From Phyllobates terribilis (taxonomy: Eukaryota): a stretch of 64,000 nucleotides of DNA. Positions 27,589 through 40,620 of the stretch are shown here, one piece after another. Below the pieces are notes generated by a model that made no database searches, had not been told where the DNA came from, and saw nothing but the letters and a program-made list of their open reading frames with translations. The translations under genes were made by a program, and so were the position numbers. The stretch is from assembly GCF_046119375.1 (NCBI RefSeq), contig NW_027362761.1:663958001-664022000 (forward strand). The letters are read 5' to 3'. The stretch's first letter is position 1; each line of letters opens with the position of its first letter.

Positions 27589-27831
27589 GCTGTAGCAATG
27601 GATGCTTTGTCTCTGGATCACCAACTGCCCCCGTACACTTTTTTTACGCAATCAGCTTCACCGCAACAATCCCAAGTGCCAAGTGGCCTTTCCCAAACCT
27701 CATTAATGCAGGGCTCTGGTTTACAAAGAGGAACACCACTCCCACCTCTTACTGTTACAATATCAACTACAGTCCCTCAGTCACCACCTGGCATTCAGAC
27801 TCCATCATCATTGGCTATTGATATCAATTCG
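27589..27831 (+). CDS. CRTC1: CRTC1 homologue internal coding exon (phase 0 to 0): [21 protein letters not shown]...PLTVTISTTVPQSPPGIQTPSSLAIDINS
   Basis: Acceptor TTTTTTACTTTTATAG, donor TCG|GTAAGT, length 243 nt = 81 codons. Resembles human CRTC1 as recalled ([20 protein letters not shown]...PPLAVTVPSSLPQSPP...MGIDIAS). Confidence 0.93.
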
Positions 27832-28658
27832 GTAAGTGTGTTAGCACAAACTGTTGATTTTATATATTTTTGTATAGTTAAAGTTCTTTGTTTTGGCTAA
27901 TATGAATGGCACATGGGTGTTTTTTTTACACTTGTGGTCAACATTTGTGGCAGCTTTGATTTTGTTTTATTTGAAAAAGTCTATATCTTCAGAAATAATT
28001 GCATATTTACTATGCATCAGTAGAATATTGTATTAGCTTTTCCAAATACATTCAACAAAGAATTCAACCAGTCTCCATACATGATCTCATGTCATGAAAA
28101 AAATGATGAAATATCGTATATGACATGGATAGGATTAAAGATGATCTTTCACCAATGTCATCATATTAAACTGTCCACATCATGAAATAGTGGCTGATAA
28201 GCTGAATAAAGCATTTTATTTTTTCATTTTTCTACTCCGTTACGCTAGAGCGACACTAGCGTATAAAAAATCGGTCCGATATTGATCCAGAAAAGTAGGA
28301 CGTGTGTCATGTGATTACAATTAACAAACTGTAACGCTAAGTATGCAAACATGAAATATATGAAATGTAAATAGCATTACTGCTGTAGAAAATAGAAATA
28401 AATGAGAAACCTTAGTCCATAAATTGGCCAATTCATGTGTACCTGGCATCCACGGTAAGGCGTCTCTCATCATACCAGGAACGTGCCAGTGTGAACTCCT
28501 CTCTAAGAGACATATGTCTGATTGTGTGTGGGATAATAAGATCCTACTGTAATTAAAATCACCTGTGGCCTAGAGGCGGAGTGCTCAGTCAAAGCTCAAA
28601 CATAGAAACAGAAAAAACTGTCCGGCACTTCCAAAACAAGAAACAGGTATGAACAGGT

Positions 28659-29060
28659 GCAAAGTGGCCCTTTCAGCCCATGTTGATACAGTACTCGTTT
28701 CACTGTGGATATTGACACAATCTTACCAGCTTCCGCCATCATCTTCAAAAGGTCTTTTGCTTTTGTCCTTGGGTTGATATGCACATGTCAGACCAAAGCA
28801 CGTTTATCTCTGGGACACAGAACCCGTCTCCTTCCTGAGCGGTACAATGGCTGGACATTCCCATCTTGTTTGTACTTGCATATAATCGTTTGTACAGATG
28901 AACGAGGCACCTTCAGGTATCTTGAAATTGTACCCAGAGATAAGCCAGATTTGTACAAGTCCACAATTCTATTCCTGATATATTGATTGATTTCTTAAGA
29001 CTTTCCCATGATGCTACACAAAGAAGCAGTGTTTTTCAGGTGTGCATTAAAATACATCCA
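28659..29060 (-). mobile_element. Second Sleeping Beauty-like Tc1 fragment
   Basis: Closely similar to 26250-26560 (HINPRTKAKDLLKMMAEAG). Confidence 0.8.
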
Positions 29061-29379
29061 TCATATGGGCAAAAAACCTGACCAGCACCTCCATATAGTG
29101 TGAACAGGTGCAAGCTGCAATGACTGCATAACATACAAAAAGAGAACACAGCAGCACTCTGTAAGGCGCCCAACATATATGCCAACACTGAAAGCATAAG
29201 ATCTAAACTACATTGTTGCTAAATAAAGTGTACTTACAAAAAATTGCTTCTTACAAAAAATTGCGTCTTACAAAAAATGAAGGTTCTTAGCGCATAAATT
29301 GGCCAATTCATGTATGCCCATCAACCACGGCAAGGTGACCTCCCACTGATGGACTGCCTACTATCCCCTAGCTTGTTTC

Positions 29380-30300
29380 TGAATAATATGATAACATCAA
29401 AAACATGGTTACATAGGCTTTTTCAAGTGTGGACACACTAATTGCACTTGTTGTGGGCACATTACTAATGCAACAAATTTTACTTCTCTAGTTACAAACA
29501 AAGTGTACACTATACACAATTTCATTAATTGCACCTCTTCCAATGTTGTGTATCTAATTGCTTGCAACATATGCAAAATACATTGTCGGCTGCACATCTG
29601 GCCCTTTAAAAACGCTGGTCAGAAGATACCTGCCTGATGCTCATAATAAACTTATCACTAGATGTTCTTCTGCATCCAAACATTTCACGTTGGAACTGCA
29701 TCTTTTTCAGTAATTGGCATTGAAAAAGTTAACAGACCATACAGAGGGGGTGATTCACGCAGAAAACTCCTCAACAGAGAATCTTGGTGGATATATATCC
29801 TTAAAGGGGTATTCCCATCTCCAAGATCCTATCCCAATATGTAGTAGGTGTAATAATAATAATATTAGCAAATATCTTCAATTAGAAATGTAGTATAGTA
29901 TATTTGATTCGCTATGTCTCTTTCCTCATGTACAGGCATTGCAAGACCTTAGGTATCCACGGTTACGACCACTAGCAACTAGCTAACTAACTGTTACTTT
30001 ATCAGTGGACGTAACCGTGGATACCTAAGGTCCTGCGATGCCTGCATATGTGGAAAGAGACATAGCAAATCAAAAATACTATACTACATTTCTAATTGGA
30101 GATATTTGCTAATATTATTATTATTACACCTACTACATATTGGGATACGATCTTGGAGATGGGAATACCCCTTTAATACTAGAATGCTACAGGGCATGAA
30201 TGTCCGACTCAATATTATCTACCATTATCGATGAATTTTAGTGCACATTTCTTGGGTTATTCATATATGTTATTTCTCTATATTACGGCATTTTTCCTAC
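29380..30300 (+). mobile_element. Penelope-like element fragment (GIY-YIG endonuclease region), split by a MITE
   Basis: Reads NFINCTSSNVVYLIACN...IGIEKV..PYRGGDSRRKLLNRESWWIY and resumes after the TTAA MITE. Confidence 0.75.
29805..30172. mobile_element. Near-perfect palindromic TTAA MITE (T2/Kolobok-like)
   Basis: TTAA|AGGGGTATTCCCATCTCCAAGATC...GATCTTGGAGATGGGAATACCCCT|TTAA, with arms of about 170 bp. Confidence 0.92.
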
Positions 30301-30309
30301 AGGTGTTTC

Positions 30310-30573
30310 CAGGCTCGGACTGGCCCATAGGGCAGCAGGGAAATCCTCTGGTGGGCCCCCAACTCCACCATATGGCCAGTACTTGGCATAATTCACTTGG
30401 AACAGAAAAAAAGCAGCATACCATCATTCATTAACCAAAATACCCAGTTTATTATTATATAGAGGTATAGGTAAATTTGTGAACAAGGTAGTATAATATT
30501 TGCATGCAGTTGAAAAGTGGGTCCCCCAAAGTCAATGTTACTGGTGGGCCTTTGGCACCCCAGTCCGACACTG
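30310..30573. mobile_element. hAT MITE
   Basis: CAGGCTCGGACTGG...CCAGTCCGACACTG, 8-bp TSD GGTGTTTC. Confidence 0.88.
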
Positions 30574-30899
30574 GGTGTTTCTCTCATTCCGTGTTTTATA
30601 TCATTGTATATGTTAATTTTATTCATCCTTTCTGATTGGAGAAATTTCAACATGTTGACTGACAGGATATGACCTAAAACGCCTATTCACTTGTTACTCA
30701 GACATGCAATGATTAAAGTCGCACAGTCTGAAACGCATTTTCTACGCTAAATGCCATGCTGGTGATTGTGACCATTAGTCCTGTATTTATTTTAAATTTA
30801 TACCAATAAACTTCAGTTTTAAGAAGATCATTGTACCCTGGAAGTTTTTCCTTTGTTTATTGATAACAATAGTACAATCGTATTATAGCATGCACAATA

Positions 30900-33800
30900 T
30901 TGTTAGGCCATAGGACCAATAATACAATACCGTATAATGCTTAATAAATAAAGGCAAATAAAGGAACACTCTCACCAATTCTTGTAGTTTATGTAGTCAT
31001 GACGATGATTCCATTTGCCAGTATGAAAGAAGTCCTGGTTTCTGCCCCTGTCCGTCCCTGTCAATAGACTGACCCTGACAACGCCAGACTCCTGCCCTTA
31101 CAAGGGCAGTCCACAGCTAACCCTTTGAAGCTAGGCAGCCCTGGACTGTTACTATATGCCTCCTGATGTGTTTCTTCAAAATGATTCATCAGGGGAATGG
31201 CACTAATTATGTCATCAAGAACACACTGCAAACAACCCTCACTAGGGATGTGAGACAGGCAGTGGCACCAAACTAGTGGACCCTCAGGTTTATAAGCATG
31301 CACAATCATGGGTTAAGTCAGCACACCTAAAAACAATAATCAAGGACTTATCCCATCTCTTTTCCATTTGTGTAAGCTATGCATGTCAGAAAAGCGGCTT
31401 CCTGCACCTTGGATCGCTCACTCCCATGGAATGAAACACAGAGAACTAATCATCAGTGTCCCTTGGGACATGCCCCTCTCTACCTTATTCTGTACATCAT
31501 TTCAGTGACCTGGAGCACATATTACGCTACACACTTGGTGACGCCCCACTGATGGCGTCACTTCCGATGGTCCACAACGCAAACTTGTGTTCCAAAGTGT
31601 GTGATGCCTACACTGTGGTGTCACTTCCGGTCTATGCGACATGTGACATCGATGTATGTGCGGAATTCATGCTCCACAGAAGGAAACGCCCACCAATTAC
31701 GTGGTAGAAGATGGTTAAATTAGAACAGTGCTGGTTTCACCGAAATAAGCTTTCCACCATAGCAGATGCCCATTAATTCAAGTGGGAGGCGCCTGCTGGT
31801 ATCGAACTTTATAGACTGAGTTAAGTGTAGCAGTAGTTGCACCTCACATGACCGGTGGTATACTGTGAAATTCATGCAAATGTATTAAAAAAGTGCAGTG
31901 ATATAATGCCTTAAATGGATCTTAACAGAAGGTGGATTGACATGCAAATAGTTGGAGAAAGATGTATAAAAGGTTTTAAATTAGGGGGATATAAATGGAA
32001 TTGGAAATATATTTACTGCATTTGGACTCTGCGTTTGTCTCCAAAATCTATTCCTGACTTAAAGAAGTTCAGGGGTGGCCATAATACCACCACAAATCTA
32101 ATAAATAACTTCCATAAATGCCTTTAAGAGGCAAAAGGAAGTATTTGTCCCAAATCAAAAAATACATTTTAAACATCAATCATAGGATAATATCAATAGG
32201 TGACACCTAATTAGATGCCCAGGAATAGACTGGGTTTTTGCCTAGAACTGTTATATAAAGCAGCCAAATGTTAACTGCTCATTCAAGCCATGTGGTGACA
32301 CAGTATTGAGGCGAAATATTCATCTTGCCTCCATTTGCAGGATCAAACGATCCCAGTCACCACCTCTCAATTGTTTTCCAGCCTTTTCAATGCCCATAAA
32401 TCTCATCATAGTTCGGGCACCTCCATGGACCCCATTAATATGTTTAGAGATTGAAGTATCCCTTTTATGTTCTGTATCTCCAAGATGTTCTCCAATCCTT
32501 CATCTGAGCTCACTTTTCTTTTTCCCTATATATTAGAGTCCGCATTCACATGTTCCTTTATAGATTACACCCTGTGTACGACAGTTAATGAAGTCCATGA
32601 TGGTAAACTCCCTGTTAAGGGTTGCTACCAGTGTGGGAAATACATCGGCTATCTCTTCATTCACAGTGCAAAAACTTTTAGAGGGACAGATGATGCATTT
32701 CCCACACTGGTAGCAACCCTTGGACTTCAACCAGGACTCCTTTTTTGGGGCGGAGAATTGACTGTGTACCAGCTTATCCTGTGTAAGGCGGCGGTGTTCA
32801 CACCGTGCAGTAACTGAAGCAGTGACCCAAGCAAGTCCAACATAAACAGCTTTATTCAGCAACTCACGGGTAAACAGAAAAGTCCTTTGGTTAGCAGCCG
32901 GGTTAACATGAGTCCTTAAACAACGGTTGCCTTGGGCAACGGCTGCGCCGGGCCACTCAGAGCCTGATGGGTGCAGAGCCTTCTCAGGCGTGTGTTCAGC
33001 TGCTCACAGATCCGCCGAGCTTTCCTGCTATGCTCCTAGCTGGTCCCAACACTGACCAACACTAATCCTTAATGCAGGGTTTTTAAAGCACCTGTGGCAA
33101 GAGCCACTGGAAAACCCGGGTTGGAGGGAGGAGGCCGCTCCACTGCCTTCCTGTAGCCTTCTCCAAGAAATGAAGGTCCTGCCGGGTTTAACTTAATCTG
33201 CCTTAGCCTGGTAGTCTGACCAGGTCAATGCTCACCTTCATTCCTGCATTGCAGCCGCAGCTGTGTCCGTGACTGCAATGCACTCCAATGGGTTTAATAG
33301 GTCTCTGTACAGATTCTGGGGGATATATAACGTCCCTCGTATACGATCCCGGTCACTGCTTCACACCTTTAAGAAGCGACCCATTTTGTATGTAAAATGT
33401 GGATAGCCTTCTAAGATTGGGGTGATGTCACTATCCATTTCATGAATAGGCCAGTACTTTTCAAAAACATTTCTCACTTCTTTTGCGCCATTACTGAAGA
33501 TGGTGACAAACCTCACCACATCTTCATTTTTAATCCTGGCATCTTTGGTCAAGAGCTCAGTCCTGTCCCTGGATCTAACACTGTAGGCCTTTTATTTGTA
33601 TCTTCTTGGGGTACCGTCTCTCTAGAAACCTTGTCTCTAGATCATCTGTTTGTTCTTTTTTTCTCATTGGAGCAGTTTCTGCGAATCCACAGATAGTGCC
33701 CCCTGGGAAAGCCCCTTTTCAATAGGACAGCATGATTGCTCTCCCATCTGAACAACGAATTGGTTGCTGTCGGTTTTGCATGTCTATAGGAGTCAGTTAT

Positions 33801-34338
33801 CATTTTTCTTGATAAGTACATATGTGAGGGGGTAGTAGATGAGTCCCACTCCCCTCTAAAGCTGTTTTAGTACATCTGTGTAATATAAAATGTGTTATTT
33901 ATAGTACGGCCATTAGAACCACCCTATCCCCCGTTACACATCCAGAAAGGGCAGACATGTGGGACTGTATTCAAAGGTGAATCTTAAGGCCTATTGGATG
34001 GTTGTTAAGCCTATTCACGAACATTTGAAAACCAGGTGAAGTAATTTCTGGTCAAGCAGAACTCAAGGGCTTTCAGAACCAAGTCATTGTATGCCTTGCA
34101 CTGTGTGCTCCTTATGGACAAATAGTATTTAACCTCTTCCAATCCCATATGATGTGGGATTGACGAGTATAGGGCCTCAACATCAATACTGGCCAGGATG
34201 GGTCTCAGGCCTACCGTTATACCTTCAATTTCAAAAGTAGATCAGTTGTGTCCCTAGTATAAGATTGTAATGACAATACAAAGGGTTGGAGAACCTGGTC
34301 TAGGTAAATACCGAGGTTTTTGGAACAAACCATCTACC
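30900..34338 (-). mobile_element. Decayed Penelope-like retroelement (RT + GIY-YIG), interrupted by a solo LTR; boundaries approximate
   Basis: Minus strand carries SIDVEALYSSIPH (RT), FVTIFS...KYWPI, KGCYQCGKC...FINCRTQGVIY..TCECG and GIEK...RGGDWDR (endonuclease). Confidence 0.8.
32782..33365. mobile_element. Solo LTR (~580 bp) inserted in the Penelope ORF
   Basis: TGTAAG...TTCACA termini. The Penelope reading frame (LK-DKLVHSQF) rejoins across it. Imperfect CCT(G/T) duplication. Confidence 0.7.
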
Positions 34339-34543
34339 CCTGAGACCAGGGTCGGACTGGGGTGTCTGGGGCCCACAGGGAAAATTGACTCTAGAGGCCC
34401 ACCCTACATCTATATGCAAATACCTGTTAGCCATTATTCCCGTTATAGTGGAGCATTGACTGTAAAATACACGCGGCTCCTGCACATCTACTGTGCACAT
34501 ACTATAACGGGGATGTACACAGAATTACGGTAGTCTGCATTAA

Positions 34544-35123
34544 AGGGTTCTTTGATGAAAACTAATCAACACCGATCCACAAGTTAAGTAGGTGATAACT
34601 TATTGATGGGTGGAATCCGAGCACTGGAAACCTCACCGATCGGAAGAATGGGGAATTTTTATCACTATTTTAAAATGAATCTGCAGGTGGGATGTCTGAC
34701 CGCAGCTCCATTCATCCTCTTTGGGGTCTTCCAGAAAAAGCCAAGTGCAGCCCCTTAGATAATGAATAGATCAGTGGTTGAGTCACACGTGCCGCTCCAT
34801 ACTAATGAGGATAAAAGCTCCACATTCTGCAGATCGGTGCAGGTCCCAGCAGTCGCCCCCCACCAATCAATAACTTATCACTTATCCTTTGGCCACGTTC
34901 AGTATTTGATCAGTATTTTACCTCAGTATTTGTAAGCCAAAACCAGGAGTGGAACAATCAGAGGAAAAGTATAATAGAAACATGTCACCACTTCTGTATT
35001 TATCATATTTATCACCCACTCCTGGTTTTAGCTTACAAATACTGATGTAAAATACTGACCAAATACTGAATGTGTGAACGGGCCTTAGGATAGGTGATTA
35101 TTTGTTTTCACCATAGAACACCT
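34544..35123. mobile_element. TTAA MITE with a nested Harbinger-like palindromic MITE (~34890-35085)
   Basis: TTAA|AGGGTTC...GAACACCT ends. Inner inverted arms TCAGTATTTG...CAAATACTGA. Confidence 0.65.
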
Positions 35124-35774
35124 GTAAGTGCATATTTGCTACTGTGTAATTGTCCCAGGACAGAGAGGGGTTAAACATCCAAGTATTTAAACTCTATTGG
35201 AAATCAAGAATCTTCCCATTATTGATATCAGAGAGAACAAATGGCCGCCATACACAACACAATCTGCTATACCAAGAGCAATACCACCACATACAAGGGA
35301 TAAATACCACCACACCATGACCAGACTACATTTTAACACCACACTGTGACCGAATAATAATACATACAGGGAACAAATACCGCCACACTATGACCAGACC
35401 ATATAGTGACCAAATACCACATACAGGCGATTAATACAGTCACACCATGACAAGACCACATATTACCTCCACACAGTGACTGAATAATACCATTACTCCA
35501 TGAACAGACCATTTATTACCACCACAGTGACTGATTAATACAACATACAAGGAACAAATACCTCCACACCATGACCAGATCATATATTACCACTTCATTG
35601 TGACCGAATAATACAATAGTGATCATTAATAAAAAACACAATACTAATAACACTAATATTCTCACTGGTGACATTATACACAGGAGCTCTGTATATAGTA
35701 TACAGTTAATACAGTAATCACCGGTGACATTACAGCATATACAGAGTACCTATATGCTGTAATACAGGTATATA

Positions 35775-37398
35775 CAGTACGGACCAAAAGTTTGGACACA
35801 CCTTCTCATTTAAAGATTTTTCTGTATTTTCATGACTATGAAAATTGTACATTCACACTGAAGGCATCAAAACTATGAATTAACACATGTGGAATTATAT
35901 CGTTAACAAAAAAGTGTGAAACAACTGAAAATATGTCTTATATTCTAGGTTCTTCAAAGTAGCCACCTTTTGCTTTGATGACTGCTTTGTACACTCTTGG
36001 CCTTCTCTTGATGAGCTTCAAGAGGTAGTCACCGGAAATGGTCTTCTAACAATCTTGACGGAGTTCCCAGAGATGCTTAGCACTTGTTGGCTCTTTTGCC
36101 TTCAGTCTGCGGTCCAGCTCACCCCAAACCATCTTGATTGGGTTCAGGTCTGGTGACTGTGGAGGCGAGGTCATCTGGCGTAGCACTCCATCACTCTCCT
36201 TCTTGGTCAAATAGCCCTTACACAGCCTGGAGGTGTGTTTGGGGTCATTGTCCTGTTGAAAAATAAATGATGGTCCAACTAAACGCTACCCGGATGGAAT
36301 AGCATGCCGCTGCAAGATGCTGTGGTAGCCATGCTGGTTCAGTATGCCTTCAATTTTGAATAAATCCCCAACAGTGTCATCAGCATAGCACCCCCACACC
36401 ATCACACCTCCTCCTCTATGCTTCACGGTGGGAACCAGGCATGTAGAGTCCATCCGTTCACCTTTTCTGCGTCGCACAAAGACACGGTGGTTGGAACCAA
36501 AGATCTCAAATTTGGACTCATCAGACCAAAGCACAGATTTCCACTATTCTGATGTCCATTCCTTGTGTTCTTTAGCCCAAACAAGTCTCTTCTGCTTGTT
36601 GCCTGTCCTTAGCAGTGGTTTCCTAGCAGCTATTTTACCATGAAGGGCTGCTGCACAAAGTCTCCTCTTAAGTTGTTGAAGAGATGTGTCTGCTGCTAGA
36701 ACTCTGTGTGGCATTGACCTGGTCTCTAATCTGAGCTGCTGTTAACCTGCGATTTCTGAGACTGGTGACTCGGATAAACTTATCCTCAGAAGCAGAGGTG
36801 ACTCTTGGTCTTCCTTTCCTGGGGCGGTCCTCATGTGAGCCAGTTTCTTTGTAGCGCTTGATGGTTTTTGCAACTGCACTTGGGGACACTTTCAAAGTTT
36901 GCCCAATTTTTCGCATTGACTAAGCTTCATTTCTTAAAGTAATGATGGCCACTCGTTTTTCTTTAGCTGCTTTTTTCTTGCCATAATACAAATTCTAACA
37001 GTCTATTCAGTAGGACTATCAGCTGTGTATCCACCAGACTTCTGCACAACACAACTGATGGTCCCAACCCCATTTATAAGGCAAGAAATCCCACTTATTA
37101 AACCTTATAGGGCACACCTGCGAAGTGAAAACCATTTCCGGTGACTACCTCTTGAAGCTCATCAAGAGAATGCCAAGAGTGTGCAAAGCAGTCATCAAAG
37201 CAAAAGGTGGCTACTTTGAAGAACCTAGAATATAAGACATATTTTCAGTTGTTTCACACTTTTTTGCTAAGTATATAATTCCACATGTGTTAATTCATAG
37301 TTTTGATGCCTTCAGTGTGAATGTACAATTTTCATAGTCATGAAAATAAAGAAAAATCTTTAAATGAGAAGGTGTGTCCAAACTTTTGGTCTGTACTG
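35775..37398 (-). mobile_element. Full-length Tc1-like transposon with long (~265-bp) TIRs; transposase has stops
   Basis: TA|CAGTACGGACCAAAAGTTTGGACAC...GTGTCCAAACTTTTGGTCTGTACTG|TA. Same family as 41753-43252. Confidence 0.95.
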
Positions 37399-37424
37399 TA
37401 CAGGTGATGCAGTGACCATATCCA

Positions 37425-38485
37425 TACAGAATTATGGGCCCCTATGGTGCTGCTCCATACAGTATATGGGCCCCTATGGTGCTGCTCCTTACAGTATATG
37501 GGCCCCTATGGTGCTGCTCCATACAGTATATGGGCCCCTATGGTGCTGCTCCATACAGTATATGGGCCCCTATGGTGCTGCTCCATACAGTATATGGCCC
37601 CTATGGTGCTGCTCCATACAGTATATGGGCCCCCATACTGCTCCATACAGTATATGGGCCCCCATACTGCTCCATACAGTATATAGGCCCCCATTCTGCT
37701 CCATACAGTATATGGGCCCCCATGCTGCTCCATACTGAGTATGGGCCCCCATGCTGCTCCATACAGTATATGGGCCCCCATGCTGCTCCATACAATATAT
37801 GGGCCCCCATGCTGCTCCATACGGTATATGGGCCCCCATGATGCTGCTCCATACAGAATATGGGCCCCCATGATGCTGCTCCGTACAGAATATGGGCCCC
37901 TATGGTGCTGCTCCATAAAGTATATGGGCCCCTATGGTGCTGCTCCATACAGTATATGGGTCCCCATGCTGCTCCATGCAGTATATGGGCCCCCATGCTG
38001 CTCCATACAGTATATGGGCCCCCATGCTGCTCCATACAGTATATGGGCCCCAATGCTGCTCCATACGGTATATGGGCCCCCATGCTGCTCCATATGGTAT
38101 ATGGGCCCCCATGATGCTGCTCCATACAGAATATGGGCCCCCATGATGCTGCTCCGTACAGAATATGGGCCCCCATGGTGCTGCTCCATAAAGTATATGG
38201 GCTCCTATGGTGCTGCTCCATGCAGTATATGGGCCCCCATGCTGCTCCATGCAGTATATGGGCCCCCATGCTGCTCCATACAGTATATGGGCCCCCATGC
38301 TGCTCCATACAGTATATGGGCCCCAATGCTGCTCCATGCAGTATATGGGCCTCAATGCTGCTCCATGCAGTATATGGGCCCCAGTGCTGTCCCATACAGT
38401 ATATGGGCCCCCCATGCTGCTCCATACAGTATATGGGCCCCCATGATGTTGCTCCATACTGTATATTGGCCCCCATGATGCTGTA
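37425..38485. repeat. Minisatellite with 27-31-bp unit (CATACAGTATATGGGCCCC[C]ATG[GT]GCTGCTC), roughly 35 copies
   Basis: Directly visible periodicity; each unit contains the palindrome GGGCCC. Confidence 0.97.
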
Positions 38486-39086
38486 TACATTAAAAAAAAA
38501 AATCAAATCCTCACCTCTCCTGCTCCCTGGCTGCAGGTTCGGTGTAGTCAGCGTCTTCTGACTTCAGTTCTCAGAGCAGAGGGTGGTAGTGACGCCACCT
38601 CGCCCTCTGCCCTGAGACATCAGAAACAGAAGACGGTGACATCACTCGAGCTGCGGGGAGCAAGAAGAGGTGGGTATCTGAGAAGGAGGTGGGGGTGGCT
38701 CTCCCTCCCGGAGGGGGGGCTCTCCCTCCCCCGTCAAAATAGCATTCCTTCCCCCTGGGGCCCCAGCACTTACCTGAGTGCGCCGGGTGGTGAAGTGGCC
38801 GCCGTCCATGGGCATCACGGCGGGTCAGGTTCGCGTGCATGCGCTCCTGACTCCTGCGCTTTTAAAGGGGCATTTCCCTGCTCCACCCAGTCAGTGATTC
38901 CATCCTGGGGGAAAATTAGATGAATCTGCCATGATTTGTTTGCTACAAACCCATGCTGGCTCTGATTAATTTCTATATTGTTATCCAAGTACTTTAATAC
39001 TTGCTTTTTAGGTTCTACAATTACCTCTATCTCTTTCAGTACCTTAGGATGTCATTTGTTTGGACCAGGAGATTTAAATTCATTTA

Positions 39087-39476
39087 AATTAGCTACGGCT
39101 GTGTGCCCACGATGCGTTTTTTAAGCGAAACACTTAAAAAACGCATGGTAGAAGACCTGCCATGTTCATCGGAAGGTAAGTATAGATTTATTTTTTTATG
39201 TTTTGACATTCTTTACTGTCACACTATATAAATCCATGCCGGTTGCATGGATTTATATAGTGTGACCAAGTTGTCAAGCACTTTTCCAAGTCATGCTAAA
39301 ATCGCTTGGAAAGCGCTTGTCAACCCGCATGTGGAAATGCATGTGAAGAACGCTTCACTTACGCTTGTCCCTGGCAGGAAAAACGCATGTACAATCCGCA
39401 TGCTTTTTTTCTGCCAGAGAGATGCAGAAACGCTCAGGAAAAATCCGGAGCATTTCTGCATCGTGGGCACATAGCA
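39087..39476. mobile_element. Harbinger-like MITE
   Basis: Inverted termini GGCTGTGTGCCCACGATGC / GCATCGTGGGCACATAGC. Confidence 0.7.
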
Positions 39477-40089
39477 TAAGTGTTCCCTCACCATCTCTCT
39501 ATTTATACATAGCATGGATTATTTTATTTCTTCGAAAGCACAGTGAAGATCACTTCATGTTACATTTGCTTTGTTAGTGAACACAGATGCAAAATAACAA
39601 TTTAAAAGTTCGTCCTTCTCAGTCCCGGGAATTTTACTGGTACCCCGCCAGGCCAGTCTGACCCTGCCTGAGACTATGTGTGTTGTGTATCTAATTATTT
39701 TATAGGATTTTTGCAATTTTAAATTATGTCAAGTAAAAGTTAAGTTTTAGCTTAGCACTCTATGCTACATAGTTGTTTTCATTGTTTTGCAACGTTTTTT
39801 CCACATGAAAATGCTCACAAAACTGCGTCAGAAGCGCACATAAATTATTCATTCTTTTTCCTGCCAACCCTCTGGTTTTTGCTGCAGAAAAAAATGTTCA
39901 AAAACGCCACTTGTGACCATTCCCTTAGACTGCATGTGATTGGTGCGCTCAGACAGCTCTGTTGGACTTAATTATCTTCAAAGCCAGTATTTATAAGCTA
40001 GTTAGTGTCATCTGAGTGCTGTCAGAGTGGACAGGTGAGTCTAATTAATCAACGGTTAGGCCAGTTTGACACATTAATAATAATTACCG

Positions 40090-40620
40090 TTATACATTTT
40101 TTTAAAAGTATTTTGTCTTGATAAAGCATAGATATGTGTTTTTCTATAATTTTCCTAATAGCTATAAATTGGGGATTGTAATTAGACACAAAGATAATGT
40201 TATCTAAGCTATGGGTTTCTTTGTTTTCTTTCTTTCAAAATATCCTGTATGGTGTATTATATTATTTGGTCTCTTGAGCATCCAATTATGGTATTTTCTA
40301 ATCTGTAATCTTTGATTAACCAACCTAGCTTCCTGTTGGAATCTAATATCTGATGTTGTATTCCTTTTTGTACTTATTAGTTCACCAATATGGATATTTT
40401 TAATAGTTTGTTCAGGGGAACATGAGGTTGCTAGTAAAATAGAATTGGTTGCTGAACTTTTTCTGTTAGGAATGGGAGAGTTCATTAGAGAAATGTCAAA
40501 AAATCTATTTGTGTTTCTTTAATGTTATAAGTGAATTTTAGTTTCAAGTCTTTATTATTGAAATATTCAACGAAATCAACTGCCATTTCTCTGGTGCCAT
40601 CCCTATCAGGTCATCTATAT
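40090..40620 (-). mobile_element. Penelope-like fragment
   Basis: Minus strand reads IIFVSNYNPQFIAIRKIIEKH, the RT-endonuclease linker motif also seen near 33500. Confidence 0.6.

Larger units (their letters stand above)
34347..39666. mobile_element. Large non-autonomous hAT element carrying tandem repeats and nested transposons
   Basis: TIR CAGGGTCGGACTGG / CCAGTCTGACCCTG. 8-bp TSD CCTGAGAC at 34339-34346 and 39667-39674. Confidence 0.85.

Noticed and set aside
30700-31780. Possible Penelope hammerhead ribozyme cores
   Set aside because: Only degenerate TGA...GAAAC traces; an intact CUGAUGA/GAAA core with stems could not be shown.
37425-38485. CRISPR-like periodicity
   Set aside because: Units are contiguous with no unique spacers, there are no cas genes, and the context is eukaryotic.
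37364-38561. Many long overlapping ORFs (up to 301 aa) with repetitive peptides
   Set aside because: They arise from a stop-poor minisatellite and are open on both strands and in several frames.
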